Shown: positions 19,688 through 31,657, counted from the first letter of the stretch. The stretch: 64,000 nt of DNA from Fusibacter sp. A1 (GCF_004125825.1 NZ_QQWI01000005.1:304414-368413); one strand, 5' to 3'. Notes: generated by a model from the letters alone, not told the origin. Translations and numbers: made by a program.

Positions 19688-20938
19688 TTAGACATCCACT
19701 TTTTCAATCAACCTTAACAGGTATTTCGACTGGAATTTCTCACTCACAAGCAGTTGCTTTACCGGTGGCAACTTTAAAAACGCACCTGTAAAAGCAGCCA
19801 TAAACTTGTGGCTGGTCATCGCCTGGTTATCAAAAATCAAATTGTGTAGGGTATCGGTCTCGATTGCTTCAAGTACCAACTTATGAACTGTGTTGACAGG
19901 CGTAAAGATTCTAATTTCTCTCGGTTTCATCTCAATCGCATCAAGTTTACATACCCTTTGGCATACACCACAACCTAGACAGAGTTCATCATCAAAACTG
20001 ACTTTTCCATCGTCGTTTTTAGTAAAGCACCCTACCGGACAGACCGCAATACACTTTTTACAGCTGACGCATTTGTCATTCATCGCAGCAATAAAATTTG
20101 ATGAGCTGATCGCCTGGGGTATTCCCATCTTTTTTGCGCCCTTTAAAGCCATACAGCAGCAAGAGCAGCAGTTACAGATGAATCCGACTCCTTCTTTTAC
20201 ATTTTCTGCAAACTGTATCAGATTATTGTCGTAGGACACTTTTAAGATCTCAAATGCTTTTTCTTTAGAAATCAACTTGGAATAGCCGTGTTTTGACAGT
20301 GAATGCGATAACCCGTTGATAGATAAACATACTTCTTGTGGCGCGTCGCAGTTCTCACCTAAATGTTCTGCCTTGTGCCTGCAGTAGCATCTGCTTACGC
20401 CAACACTTTCTGCGTTTTCAATAATTTTTGTGGCTCTCTCGTAGTCGAGTACATACACTTCATCTGATGGCTTAACCGTGTTCTCATTCACAAGGATTCT
20501 TCCTATCGGCGTTTTTAACGACAATAGCTTTCTCATAAAATCCTCTTCTGTCTCCAAATACTGATGAAACAGTTCACTTAAAAGCTTCTGATCAAAATGA
20601 CCGCCGGTTCTCATCAGAGCGAACTCGAAAAAACCGATCATCGGTGGTGGTACTACGTATTTTTGCTCTTTGGTGTCATTCATATCCAGTAAAAGCGCTT
20701 TTTCAGCAAGCCCTTCTAGAATTTTGAATGTCTCCTCTTCAGTCATCTTCCAAATCTTTGCCGCATTCTTCACACTGAATGGTTTTATTGGAAGCAAAGA
20801 GACTAAAGAAGCCTCCTCATGGGTAAACATGACCTTAAGTATCTCATATAAGACCTCCGCTTCTGGTGCCCCTTGAGGAAATCTATTATATCTGTCGATC
20901 AGTTCTTTGTAACCTGTTCTGCCTGTTAAGTGAGCCAT
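19688..20938 (-). CDS. Fe-S protein: unknown N-terminal domain + CxxCxxCC (YkgJ-type) motif + 2x[4Fe-4S] ferredoxin motifs
   Basis: CNCCSCCC fits CxxCxxCC. CVSCKKCIAVCP and CLGCGVCQRVCK are ferredoxin motifs. Confidence 0.6.
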   Translation of the reverse strand: MAHLTGRTGYKELIDRYNRFPQGAPEAEVLYEILKVMFTHEEASLVSLLPIKPFSVKNAAKIWKMTEEETFKILEGLAEKALLLDMNDTKEQKYVVPPPMIGFFEFALMRTGGHFDQKLLSELFHQYLETEEDFMRKLLSLKTPIGRILVNENTVKPSDEVYVLDYERATKIIENAESVGVSRCYCRHKAEHLGENCDAPQEVCLSINGLSHSLSKHGYSKLISKEKAFEILKVSYDNNLIQFAENVKEGVGFICNCCSCCCMALKGAKKMGIPQAISSSNFIAAMNDKCVSCKKCIAVCPVGCFTKNDDGKVSFDDELCLGCGVCQRVCKLDAIEMKPREIRIFTPVNTVHKLVLEAIETDTLHNLIFDNQAMTSHKFMAAFTGAFLKLPPVKQLLVSEKFQSKYLLRLIEKVDV

Positions 20939-21019
20939 TGTTCTTCTCCGTTTGCTGTCGATTTGCTTTGGTTGATTAAGGGGCTAGCACAAGGCTAGCT
21001 ACTACGCGAGAGTTTGTTT

Positions 21020-21571
21020 CTATTTGTCATCTGGATTGATCAGGCCTTTGGGATCGTCAAAGATAGCACCCATCTTGCCAAAATGATGATAGATAGATAA
21101 CTCATTCAGATAACCTTGTATCTCAAGTTCAGGATCACCACTTGCGATAGCTATCTGATCCACAAAATTGTCCTTAGGATAAAATGCAGTCAATAATACC
21201 GATTCTCCAGGTGCTATGTTTAGCTTATTGCCAGTCATTTCGACCTTACATTTATTCGTAGTTCTAGAGTTTTCACCGGTGATTATCGGATAATACAAGT
21301 ATACGTTGTTCTGAACAATGGTATGTTTACTTTCGTTCTTGAGCTGAACAGTATAGACATTGCCCTCAGGCAGCTGTGAATACTCTACCAGTTCAAATTT
21401 AATATGGTCAAGCGCGTATGGATCAATTATAACAGCTTCTACAGCTTCATTACTTACGATGACTTTATCTTCAATAGTCTCAGTCATCTGCGTATTTGGA
21501 TTCACTTGAATGGTAATCATCAAGGCAATACAAGCAACGATTGTGATTATCACGGTTATCAAGTACTTCAT
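21020..21571 (-). CDS. Hypothetical signal-anchored protein
   Basis: N-terminal TM. 4-bp overlap with the upstream VOC gene. Confidence 0.4.
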   Translation of the reverse strand: MKYLITVIITIVACIALMITIQVNPNTQMTETIEDKVIVSNEAVEAVIIDPYALDHIKFELVEYSQLPEGNVYTVQLKNESKHTIVQNNVYLYYPIITGENSRTTNKCKVEMTGNKLNIAPGESVLLTAFYPKDNFVDQIAIASGDPELEIQGYLNELSIYHHFGKMGAIFDDPKGLINPDDK

Positions 21572-21936
21572 ATGCTCGCACCAAAAAAATTTACGATATT
21601 TCCGTCAGGATCCCTAAACCAAAACGATCTGGTTCCCCATGGGTAAGATTGTGGTAGTTTCAGTATTTCAATATCCATCCCTTTAATCCTTTCATATGCT
21701 TCATCTACCTGATCTACTTTTACTCCTACAGTAAAGTTCCCTGATCCCGCACCATGCATCGAACCGGGAGCCATTTCTTCCATTCCTTCAACACAAAATA
21801 TAGTAAGGGATGCGCCGGTCGTCTTGATTTCTGCGTGATAATCATCCCCCTCAGATCTTGTGTTTAATATCTTACAGTAAAAATCCACTAACAAGGGTAC
21901 GTTATTTGTGATTATGCTTATACCTACAAATTCCAT
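21568..21936 (-). CDS. VOC family protein
   Basis: 122 aa glyoxalase-fold (GASLTIFCVEG...FRDPDGNIVNF). Confidence 0.7.
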   Translation of the reverse strand: MEFVGISIITNNVPLLVDFYCKILNTRSEGDDYHAEIKTTGASLTIFCVEGMEEMAPGSMHGAGSGNFTVGVKVDQVDEAYERIKGMDIEILKLPQSYPWGTRSFWFRDPDGNIVNFFGASI

Positions 21937-22134
21937 GTGAATCCTCGCTTTCTGTATTTATATTCACTTATGATTCTATTTTACTAAATCAAAAGGCAAT
22001 AATATACGATTTAAGAAAAACGTAATAGATTGAATTACAATTACCTTAAATTAAGCAAATAGCAACCCATATGATATATAATTGACCTATATGGCGTTAT
22101 TATACATGTCTTGTGCATTCAGAAAGGAACACTC

Positions 22135-23940
22135 ATGAAAAAGGCTCTTTTTATTTTACTCATCCTGTCCGCATCATTGACTATAGCCTGTGATTCATCA
22201 GTGGATACACCTACTACGAATTTTGATGAAGCAGCCCAGATAGAGCAACTTCAACCCATCGATACAAAACGCTTTGAAGAACTTTTCGACGCAAACGACT
22301 TCTCTGTCCTCTTAGACGAATATACGCTTGAAACGGTAGCAACCATGTCTGAGCAAGCTAAAATCGATTATGTACACGCAGCACTTGCCAGTCAGGATTA
22401 TCAGCTTGCTCTAAAGTTTTTAACTGAGTTGACTCTCCCTTTCTCAGTCTTACAAGACCTTCTTGGCAATAAGGTGATCTTGCTAAGCGGTGAAGCTTTT
22501 CTAGAGGATTTGGTCGTCTATCAGGATAACTTCGCAGACGACCCAGACTACAATGTCTTACTTAGTCAGTTCACCTATGAGTTTCAGTCAGAAGTCGAAG
22601 GCAAGAATATTCTACTGAGAAGCTTTAAAACGAATCCACAACATTCCCCTACGTTACGACTGCTCACCTTTATGAAAATGGGAGAAAATCTTAAGCGAAC
22701 GATAGCATTTTTAAACGAATCCCTTACCACCTATGACAATAAATCCGAAGTTTACGAACTGATGGCTGAGGCCTACCGTACGTATACGTTTTATTACGAA
22801 GGCATGACTTGCTATGAAAAGGCCAATGAACTGGATTCTGAGCTGTATCTTGAACGTTATATTCTCTCGTGCATTGATGCTAAGCGATCAATAAAGGCTT
22901 ATGAACTCTTTATCAATAATGAATCATTTGATTTTGAAGACGTAACGATCCAACGAGTAGTCGAATCTCTGATCGGTCGTGGCGCGTTTGATGAAGCATC
23001 AGACTTGATTGCAAAAATGCAAGCGGATACTCCAGAACGAATGATCTGGTATCTGATGGAAGCCATTACAAAGATACGTCAGGGTGAACTAGACGAAATA
23101 GAAGCGGTTCTTGACCGCGCAGAGTCAAATGGAGTGGATAGGAAAAGCTTAGTATCCACTATCGGATTAGGAGACTTTGAGGACATAGCCGCGGATGATT
23201 GGATGGTAGAGGTCTTTAAGGACAATTACTTGTATACACCTGGAGACTATACCCCACCACAAGAAGACTTGACTAGGGAAGAACTTGCTAGAAATGCCTT
23301 TGATGCTTTAAAAGACCCCGAGGACCGATTCACCTTCTTACTTGATGAAGAAGAGATGGCGATGACCTTTGAAGCTCCCGAATTTTTAAAGAAAGACCAA
23401 CTACTCTATTTCAAGTTCAGCATCTTCGACGAGGCTGTCGACGACTGGATCATCGCTACACTTGACGAGGTAGCCCGAGATGACTCGCAGTGGTTGATTC
23501 TAGACATGCGTGGAAACCACGGCGGCATGTTGCAAACGGCATACGCCATAATAGACGAACTGACAGGCAGAGCTAATCTTTTTTATCAAGTAGATAAAAA
23601 CGGAAGACAGACGCCCTATTCCGCTACAGCATCCAGGCGTCCTTTTGAGAAAATCATCGTACTGCTCGATCATGAATCCGCAAGCTCGTCAGAAGTAGTC
23701 GCCCTTTCACTAAAAAAGCGTCTTAAAAATGTGACTATCGTCGGTGAAACAAGTTTTGGAAAAGGTGTCGGACAGCACGTCTTTTATGACCAAAAGTCAG
23801 GACTCACCTTATATCTGGTATCCTTCTACTGGAACGTGATAGAAGAAAACATACAAGAGGTCGGTATAGATCCGGATATAATCTATGATTTTTCTACTGA
23901 GGAAAATGTGATTGATAAGGTACTTGAACTGGTTCGGTAG
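22135..23940 (+). CDS. Lipoprotein with C-terminal S41 (tail-specific/CtpA-like) peptidase domain
   Basis: Lipobox LTIAC after the signal peptide. Ser/Lys dyad motifs HESASSSEVVALSLKK and TSFGKGVGQ. Start at MKKALF (AAAGGAA RBS), not the longer ORF start at 22111. Confidence 0.7.
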   Translation: MKKALFILLILSASLTIACDSSVDTPTTNFDEAAQIEQLQPIDTKRFEELFDANDFSVLLDEYTLETVATMSEQAKIDYVHAALASQDYQLALKFLTELTLPFSVLQDLLGNKVILLSGEAFLEDLVVYQDNFADDPDYNVLLSQFTYEFQSEVEGKNILLRSFKTNPQHSPTLRLLTFMKMGENLKRTIAFLNESLTTYDNKSEVYELMAEAYRTYTFYYEGMTCYEKANELDSELYLERYILSCIDAKRSIKAYELFINNESFDFEDVTIQRVVESLIGRGAFDEASDLIAKMQADTPERMIWYLMEAITKIRQGELDEIEAVLDRAESNGVDRKSLVSTIGLGDFEDIAADDWMVEVFKDNYLYTPGDYTPPQEDLTREELARNAFDALKDPEDRFTFLLDEEEMAMTFEAPEFLKKDQLLYFKFSIFDEAVDDWIIATLDEVARDDSQWLILDMRGNHGGMLQTAYAIIDELTGRANLFYQVDKNGRQTPYSATASRRPFEKIIVLLDHESASSSEVVALSLKKRLKNVTIVGETSFGKGVGQHVFYDQKSGLTLYLVSFYWNVIEENIQEVGIDPDIIYDFSTEENVIDKVLELVR

Positions 23941-24017
23941 AAGATAGAAGGTAGATGAGGATCTTTGAGGATTAACGATTAGTGACTACAGATTAGGGAT
24001 TGATAACCGCCCCCTAT

Positions 24018-25757
24018 TCACTCCATATTAAACGGATACTGATTCAGCACTAGGTAAAACATGACAGGTTCTAACGATTGAACAAGCTCGGCATCTTCAC
24101 CTAAAAGGGCTAACTCATCGCCATAGACCACTACCTTGTCTAACTTGCCTTCTTTGTATAATTCAATATTTTCTTGGATTTCATCACTAAACATGTAACT
24201 GACTTCATCCATCACCACATGCTGTGCATCCCAGTAAGCTTCGTTCTTGACCATCCTAAACACGTCGTTCATGGTCATGCTATAATCTTGGTTGTCTTTC
24301 CAATCGCTTACTATAAAAGGTCCATTATAAAGCGTCGTATCAGCACTTGTACCAAACGACTCCCCCATACTCTCTGCAAAGGCTTGATTCACAGGATAAA
24401 AGCTTGGAAAAGTCAACAGCTTTTCAAAGTAAGGTATCGGTCGTTCAAGAGTCACTTGTAAGGTGTGATCATCAATAGGCTTTACACCAAGCTCACTTGG
24501 ATCCACATCTCCATTCATCACTGTTTCATAGTTCTTAAACGCTGCAATTTCAATCATAAACTGATACATCATCTGGGTCTTAGGATCAGCAAGTCTCTTC
24601 CATGAATAGGCAAAATCCTCAGCGGTAACAGGTGCGCCATTCGACCACACCGCATTTTCCCTCAACTTAAAGGTATAGTTCAGTCCATCCTCGCTTTTAT
24701 GATAAGACTTTGCTACACCAAATTCCAAAACCTCTTTTTCACCAAGCGAAAATAGGCCCTCCATGGTATTCCCCAAGATTTCGAATGAAAATAAATCGGT
24801 GGCTTTATTCGTATCCAAGCTAGGAATATCCGTCCGTGTTGCAAGATGAAGCACTTGCCTTCCTTGGTCGTCTGCTTGTGTGCTTGCTTGCTTGTAAGAA
24901 ACCCGTCCTCCAAAGGAATGACCCACGATCCCTTTCACATAGGACTTTACCAGTTCAAAACGACGCCTCTGGTAAAGCGGAACAATTACGGCTTCCTCTT
25001 CAATCAACATCCTCTCAAGACTCTGAACCGCCAACACTCTTTCAACATAGCTATTGGCAAGGTCTGAATGCTTAATATGATCCACTACCTCATCATAGAT
25101 TTCATTTGAAAATCCAGCAGTATTATAATCACCATCCGTAACCCACATTTCTAAAAAAGTCATCGGGTCTGGATAATCAGGTCCCCACCCTTCATATAGC
25201 ATATGAATAGGAACATCCTTGGGATATCTTTGCGATGAAAATGGTCTTTGAATCAGCTCGACGGTCATTCCATCCAAAGTGGATTCAATACTTTCTTTTA
25301 TTCTATCTGATATGCTGTAAATACTAGGACCATCAAACGAGTAGAAGTGAATATGTGCATTTGTGAAACTTAGCTCTTCTTTTGCCATATTCCAGTACTC
25401 TCTAGCTAGAACAGGATTGTAATGCATCCAACCTTCCTGATTGAAAGCCCTATAGTCCGTTCCCTTATCAAACACAAAGTTTTTAGGCACAAGATAATCA
25501 GCAGTAATAAAGTCATCATAGCCAGCCATATGAATAAAACTTCCTTTATCAATTGCTAAAGAAATAGCCTTTCTTGCATGAACATTCTTCATCAAAACAT
25601 AAGGATCCACATATGTTTCTTCTTCACTCTCAATCGCAACTGGCTCATCGACTACCTGAAGTGTATTTTCCTCATTAGACCTGGTGGTACAAGCCGTCAG
25701 TAAAAATAGCATCATAAAGATAATCAGTATCCTTTGAAAAAACTTCATTCTTAGCAC
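24018..25757 (-). CDS. Family-5 (Opp/Dpp-type) ABC substrate-binding lipoprotein, apparently circularly permuted
   Basis: Lipobox LLTAC. Residues ~60-290 match the C-terminal half of SBP_bac_5 (VHARKAISLAIDK...VPLYQ). Residues ~300-579 match the N-terminal half (NYTFKLRENAVWSNGAPVTAEDFAYSWKR...NGPF...YW). Confidence 0.65.
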   Translation of the reverse strand: MLRMKFFQRILIIFMMLFLLTACTTRSNEENTLQVVDEPVAIESEEETYVDPYVLMKNVHARKAISLAIDKGSFIHMAGYDDFITADYLVPKNFVFDKGTDYRAFNQEGWMHYNPVLAREYWNMAKEELSFTNAHIHFYSFDGPSIYSISDRIKESIESTLDGMTVELIQRPFSSQRYPKDVPIHMLYEGWGPDYPDPMTFLEMWVTDGDYNTAGFSNEIYDEVVDHIKHSDLANSYVERVLAVQSLERMLIEEEAVIVPLYQRRRFELVKSYVKGIVGHSFGGRVSYKQASTQADDQGRQVLHLATRTDIPSLDTNKATDLFSFEILGNTMEGLFSLGEKEVLEFGVAKSYHKSEDGLNYTFKLRENAVWSNGAPVTAEDFAYSWKRLADPKTQMMYQFMIEIAAFKNYETVMNGDVDPSELGVKPIDDHTLQVTLERPIPYFEKLLTFPSFYPVNQAFAESMGESFGTSADTTLYNGPFIVSDWKDNQDYSMTMNDVFRMVKNEAYWDAQHVVMDEVSYMFSDEIQENIELYKEGKLDKVVVYGDELALLGEDAELVQSLEPVMFYLVLNQYPFNME

Positions 25758-25881
25758 GATTCCTTTCTACTAGTCATTTCTAGTCAACCTCTCGAGTATG
25801 AATTTTCAATTTTCACTCCTAACATTTCGTATAAGATACAGCTGATGTAGTGAATGCAACTCTACTAAAACTCAATATCCT

Positions 25882-26706
25882 CTATTGCTTTTTTGGCCCT
25901 TTTGCAACAAAAACTCCGCTATTTTTTGTAATCTTGATGTAGCCTTCATTTAGAATACGGTCATTCAATAGTTCGTATAATTCATTGATACGTTCATTTG
26001 TCATTACCTCGTCGATATTAAGGTGACCTTTCATCGATAGCATGTAATCGATAAGGGGCTGTGCATCGGTTATCTGTAATGAATCCTCATAATACCTTAC
26101 TTCAACCGAATCAAAATATTCCCTTAGTTGCGCTTGCCCGTTCTCTAGACCGAACTCATGGGCAACAGAAAAAGTTTTAGCATCAAGTCGAGAGTCAAAA
26201 TCCGAAAGGATTTCTTTCATCTCTCTCAAATGGTCCAGTCCGTTTGTAGAAGCATAAAATGTTCCGTTTGATTTTAATATTCTGGCCACTTCTCCAATGG
26301 CTATCTTGCGGTCAGATACATGATATAACATATGGTTTGCTATCACACAGTCAGCATGGTTGGACGCAAACCGTGAATTTTGAATATCGTCGACTTCGTA
26401 ATTGCATACTTGACCGATTTCATTCAAGTTCTCCTTGGCTGAAAGAATCATTCCTTGTGAAATATCAGAAAGGCTAATCTTTATATTTTGAGGGATTCTT
26501 TCTATGTTTTCCTTCCATATGCTCCCATTGCCGCATCCGAATTCTACTACAACATGGTTTGAGTTCAATTCATATTGATCATAGATCCAGTTTTGCCAAC
26601 TATAATGATTCGTACTATAGATTTTGTGCAGATTTTGTCTCGTGGATAAGTTATTCTCTGTGCTGTATTGCTTTTTTACAATTTCTCTATCATTTGCTCT
26701 AGACAT
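25882..26706 (-). CDS. Class I SAM-dependent methyltransferase
   Basis: VVEFGCGNGS motif I. Confidence 0.7.
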   Translation of the reverse strand: MSRANDREIVKKQYSTENNLSTRQNLHKIYSTNHYSWQNWIYDQYELNSNHVVVEFGCGNGSIWKENIERIPQNIKISLSDISQGMILSAKENLNEIGQVCNYEVDDIQNSRFASNHADCVIANHMLYHVSDRKIAIGEVARILKSNGTFYASTNGLDHLREMKEILSDFDSRLDAKTFSVAHEFGLENGQAQLREYFDSVEVRYYEDSLQITDAQPLIDYMLSMKGHLNIDEVMTNERINELYELLNDRILNEGYIKITKNSGVFVAKGPKKQ

Positions 26707-26814
26707 GTTTTACCTAATCCTTCATTTAGTCTCATCCATACGCCAGCTTATACCATTATACCAATTTAAAAGGATTTAATACTTGATTTATGGTAATTGT
26801 AAAAATAGAATAAA

Positions 26815-26840
26815 AACGACATCACAAGTGTGATGTCGAC
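26815..26840 (-). terminator. Terminator after the GGDEF gene
   Basis: GACATCACAC-TTGT-GTGATGTC hairpin plus a U-run on the minus strand. Confidence 0.5.
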
Positions 26841-26855
26841 CTCATAAGGCTCAAT

Positions 26856-27575
26856 TCAATTACTTTCGATATCAGAATCATTCTTCTCAAAAGCAACAAC
26901 TCTATTTCTCCCTGTTTGCTTTGCCTTATAAAGGGCTTGATCTACATAACTAATAATATCTTCAAAATCAATTTTACTTTCATCTGAATAGTTGATTACT
27001 CCAAAACTTGAGGTTACTTGAGTTACTGGAGAAAAATCAAAGTTTGAAATAAGTTGTCTTATAGCTTCAGAAAGTTTGAGTGCTGTCTCTAATGTGCTTT
27101 GTGGCATTAAGATCATGAACTCCTCGCCACCCCAGCGAGCAAAGGTATCTGACTCTCTGAGTCTACTTTGCACCAATTCAGAAAGTTTCTTTAAAACAAA
27201 ATCACCAATATCATGGCCATAGGTATCATTAACATTTTTAAAATGATCAATGTCAAACATGATAATCGAAAATCCTATACCATATCGTCCTATTCTACTA
27301 AATTCATATTTGAGTACTTCAATAAATCGTCTTCTGTTGAATATTCCTGTCAGTTGGTCTGTTACAGATAACCGTTTGATTTCTTTTAAATTTTCTTCTA
27401 GTTCTCTATAAAGCAAGATATTCCTATGTACAACATCGAACAGCAAATCTCTCATTATTCTATTATCATTATCTACTGCGATGGACTCCAATATTGCTTG
27501 AACAAACATGTTTTGGCGGCCTTCACTGTCTTCATGGTTAAGAATATCGATTAATCCTTGCATTGAAGTTACCAT
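26856..27575 (-). CDS. GGDEF-domain diguanylate cyclase
   Basis: Active-site GGEEF (ARWGGEEFMIL), I-site-like RxxD, FDIDHFKNVND. Confidence 0.85.
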   Translation of the reverse strand: MVTSMQGLIDILNHEDSEGRQNMFVQAILESIAVDNDNRIMRDLLFDVVHRNILLYRELEENLKEIKRLSVTDQLTGIFNRRRFIEVLKYEFSRIGRYGIGFSIIMFDIDHFKNVNDTYGHDIGDFVLKKLSELVQSRLRESDTFARWGGEEFMILMPQSTLETALKLSEAIRQLISNFDFSPVTQVTSSFGVINYSDESKIDFEDIISYVDQALYKAKQTGRNRVVAFEKNDSDIESN

Positions 27576-28423
27576 ATGTGATCTTCTCCATTCGCCTCAA
27601 TCCCATCAATTCCTATGTCGGTAATATCATACAACTTATCAATAATCACCTTAACCTGTTCCGCACCTCTTATCAGACTGCCATGTTGAGGTGCGATGAG
27701 TTCAATGTCAAGTTCCCTACATTTATCTAGTGTCTTTCTAAGTGCAAGATTTGATGTCATAATAATTTGATGAAATCTAATAATTCCCGGCATAAAGCAT
27801 GTATCTCTACCAATTGGGCAATCATCATAGCTCGAGCATTCGCTACATTTCTCACTGACATCCATAAATAAATCCCAGTGCTTCCCATACGCGCCGAAAA
27901 TATCTGAACTGAAAAGTGTCTTTGTCTGCTCATCATAAGTTACAAAACTTCCTGGTGAATGGGTATAAGGTGTATTTATGAATTTTAGTCTTCTTCCCGT
28001 TCTAAATCCCCATGAGTTTCTAATCTTGTTAATACACACTAATTTTGATGTTGTAGAGTAATGTTGAATAAAGATATTGTTTTGTTTTTGAGAAATAATC
28101 TCTAATTCATTATTACTGATAATACTTTCAAAATTTGAAACACTTCCTACTAGATCGGGATCATAATGCTGATAAATCAAGCGTACAATTTGGTCAGGAA
28201 GTATACCAGTCATCAATACTTTCATCATCACACTACTAAAATCCGGTCTGCTACCACCATCGATCAAGACCCCTTCATCGCCTTCATAGATCAGGTAGGG
28301 GTTGGAATGTAAACCGTTCTCTTTGTCGTTGTAGCCTACCCAGTATATCCCTTGTGCCACTTCAGCCGCTTTATCATAATCCATAAGTTTCCTCCTGCTA
28401 TTATTCATCCGAAGATTACTCAT
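27569..28423 (-). CDS. MBL-fold diiron-type (flavodiiron-protein N-domain / ODP-like) sensor protein, translationally coupled to GGDEF
   Basis: GIYWVGYNDKENGLHSNPYLIYEGDEGVLIDGG matches the FDP beta-lactamase-like domain. Candidate ligands are QHYDPD, YTHSPGS, SSDIFG and APQHG. 7-bp overlap with the cyclase. Confidence 0.55.
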   Translation of the reverse strand: MSNLRMNNSRRKLMDYDKAAEVAQGIYWVGYNDKENGLHSNPYLIYEGDEGVLIDGGSRPDFSSVMMKVLMTGILPDQIVRLIYQHYDPDLVGSVSNFESIISNNELEIISQKQNNIFIQHYSTTSKLVCINKIRNSWGFRTGRRLKFINTPYTHSPGSFVTYDEQTKTLFSSDIFGAYGKHWDLFMDVSEKCSECSSYDDCPIGRDTCFMPGIIRFHQIIMTSNLALRKTLDKCRELDIELIAPQHGSLIRGAEQVKVIIDKLYDITDIGIDGIEANGEDHIW

Positions 28424-28508
28424 GTAAATGGGATTGAATAATTACTATTATGTGTTATGTACCCTAAATGGCTTGATTTCAACTACTTCTTAAAAAATCG
28501 CTAAAAAA

Positions 28509-29123
28509 TCAAAGCAAACCGATAGAATCAAGAAGTTCTTCGACCAGCTCCTCAGTGGATTGCTTGCCTTCCATTACCAGTAGCTTAAATCCAAACTTCT
28601 CAGCTTCATTAGCAATGTAGCCGGCAAAGCCGATATCCCTTTCCATCCAGTTATTAAACGCTACTTTTGGATCATACGCGTCATTTAGAATATCAAAAGC
28701 CCATGTTCTCAGCGCGTACTTTTCTCTCTGAAAAGTTTCTGTAGGAACTATGAAGAATAGTCGGGCATCATCAATCAAATTGGTTGCCAAAGCTGGTAAC
28801 AGCGCACAGCCTTCAATAATCACCTTATCGCTTCTAATATCACAAAGAATATCTCGCTTAACTAGTTCCCACTCCTCATGATAAAACGCGATTTCTTCCT
28901 TTAACTGCACATCAACCTCACGTGAAAACAGCTCATGCCACGGCTCTGTTTTCCATCGGTACATGATCGGTTGAGTTTTTTCATCTGCCTCTTCGATATG
29001 CCTAAACATATAGTCATCGGCTTTGATCACTTGATAATTATATTTTTTGCCTAAGTAGGCACTCAACGTACTTTTTCCTGCACACGGCGACCCGCCTATC
29101 AGAATTGCTTTTGTTTTCATCAT
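28509..29123 (-). CDS. P-loop NTPase / nucleoside-kinase-like protein
   Basis: Walker A GGSPCAGKST. Confidence 0.5.
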   Translation of the reverse strand: MMKTKAILIGGSPCAGKSTLSAYLGKKYNYQVIKADDYMFRHIEEADEKTQPIMYRWKTEPWHELFSREVDVQLKEEIAFYHEEWELVKRDILCDIRSDKVIIEGCALLPALATNLIDDARLFFIVPTETFQREKYALRTWAFDILNDAYDPKVAFNNWMERDIGFAGYIANEAEKFGFKLLVMEGKQSTEELVEELLDSIGLL

Positions 29124-29251
29124 GTTCTCCTAACTGCCTTCGCAATCCGTGCTAAAGACAACCTATTTTACCACTAGTTTGACTGGAGAAAACGGAAAAA
29201 TCAATTTGATAAATTTCTTCCCTACATAGTAGACCATGAAAGTAAACCATG

Positions 29252-29300
29252 AAAAAAACCTGTGACCGAACGTATGCCTATACGTCATGTCGCAGGTTTT
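29252..29300 (-). terminator. Terminator after the bgl-ROK operon
   Basis: Long imperfect hairpin flanked by A/T runs. Confidence 0.45.
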
Positions 29301-29317
29301 CTTTATTTTTGAATCAA

Positions 29318-30223
29318 TCAGAGTGATTTATGTCTATTTAAATGATGGTATACGGCGCCAATCAAATTGGCATCTGCCTCAAAAGTACAACGTCTAACAG
29401 TGGGCATGCTTACAGCCACTTTAAAATGTTCGTATAACTTAGAGAGTTCAATATTAATTTCATCAACGATATCTTCTCTAGCACTGATTCCACCGCCTAT
29501 TAGGATAACTTGCGGATCGTATACATGTTGAACATTGTGTATTCCCACAGCAAACATGCGGTAGAACTCACGAATACAGGCACTAGCGATCTCGTCACCC
29601 GATTCAGCCAGGTCAAAAATTTGCTTACCGTTTACCGAGTCATGTGCGATATTCATCGTATCCGCATAGTGCTTCACCAGCGCAAAAGTCGATCCAGTAT
29701 CACTCCAGACAATCGGAACTCCGGTGTTCTGTTCAAAACCTGTGATCATAATTCCGAACTCACCGGCAAACTTATGCGCACCGCTATGAATGACCCTATT
29801 TTTTACGACAGCACCACCGACGCCTGTTCCACATACGACAAATGCCATATCGGATACATCCTTTGCAGAACCCAGCCAGACTTCTGCAAGTGCGGCGCAG
29901 TTACCATCGTTATCCGCAGAATAAGGTAAATCGAACATCGTGCCCATATCCTTTGCAGGATTCTTTCCCTTGATATAAATAAGTGCGCCTTCACTTAAAG
30001 CCTGAGACGTTTCCTCATCGGTGACGCATGGTTGACTAAGTGCGACACCTTCTATTGGTGCGACTGTTTGCCCCCATTCCACAAGACTCGATAAACTCTT
30101 TAACAGGGCTGCATAAGTGTTCAAAGGCGTTTTTTCAGCTGATCGATCGATGATATCGCCGCTAGCGCTGATTACAGCGGCTTTGATCATGGATCCACCA
30201 ATGTCAATTGCAATATAAGCCAT
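29318..30223 (-). CDS. ROK-family sugar kinase
   Basis: MAYIAIDIGGSMIKAAV. Cys/His zinc motif absent or weak, so a glucokinase-like ROK. Confidence 0.8.
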   Translation of the reverse strand: MAYIAIDIGGSMIKAAVISASGDIIDRSAEKTPLNTYAALLKSLSSLVEWGQTVAPIEGVALSQPCVTDEETSQALSEGALIYIKGKNPAKDMGTMFDLPYSADNDGNCAALAEVWLGSAKDVSDMAFVVCGTGVGGAVVKNRVIHSGAHKFAGEFGIMITGFEQNTGVPIVWSDTGSTFALVKHYADTMNIAHDSVNGKQIFDLAESGDEIASACIREFYRMFAVGIHNVQHVYDPQVILIGGGISAREDIVDEINIELSKLYEHFKVAVSMPTVRRCTFEADANLIGAVYHHLNRHKSL

Positions 30224-31657
<1,434 letters not shown>

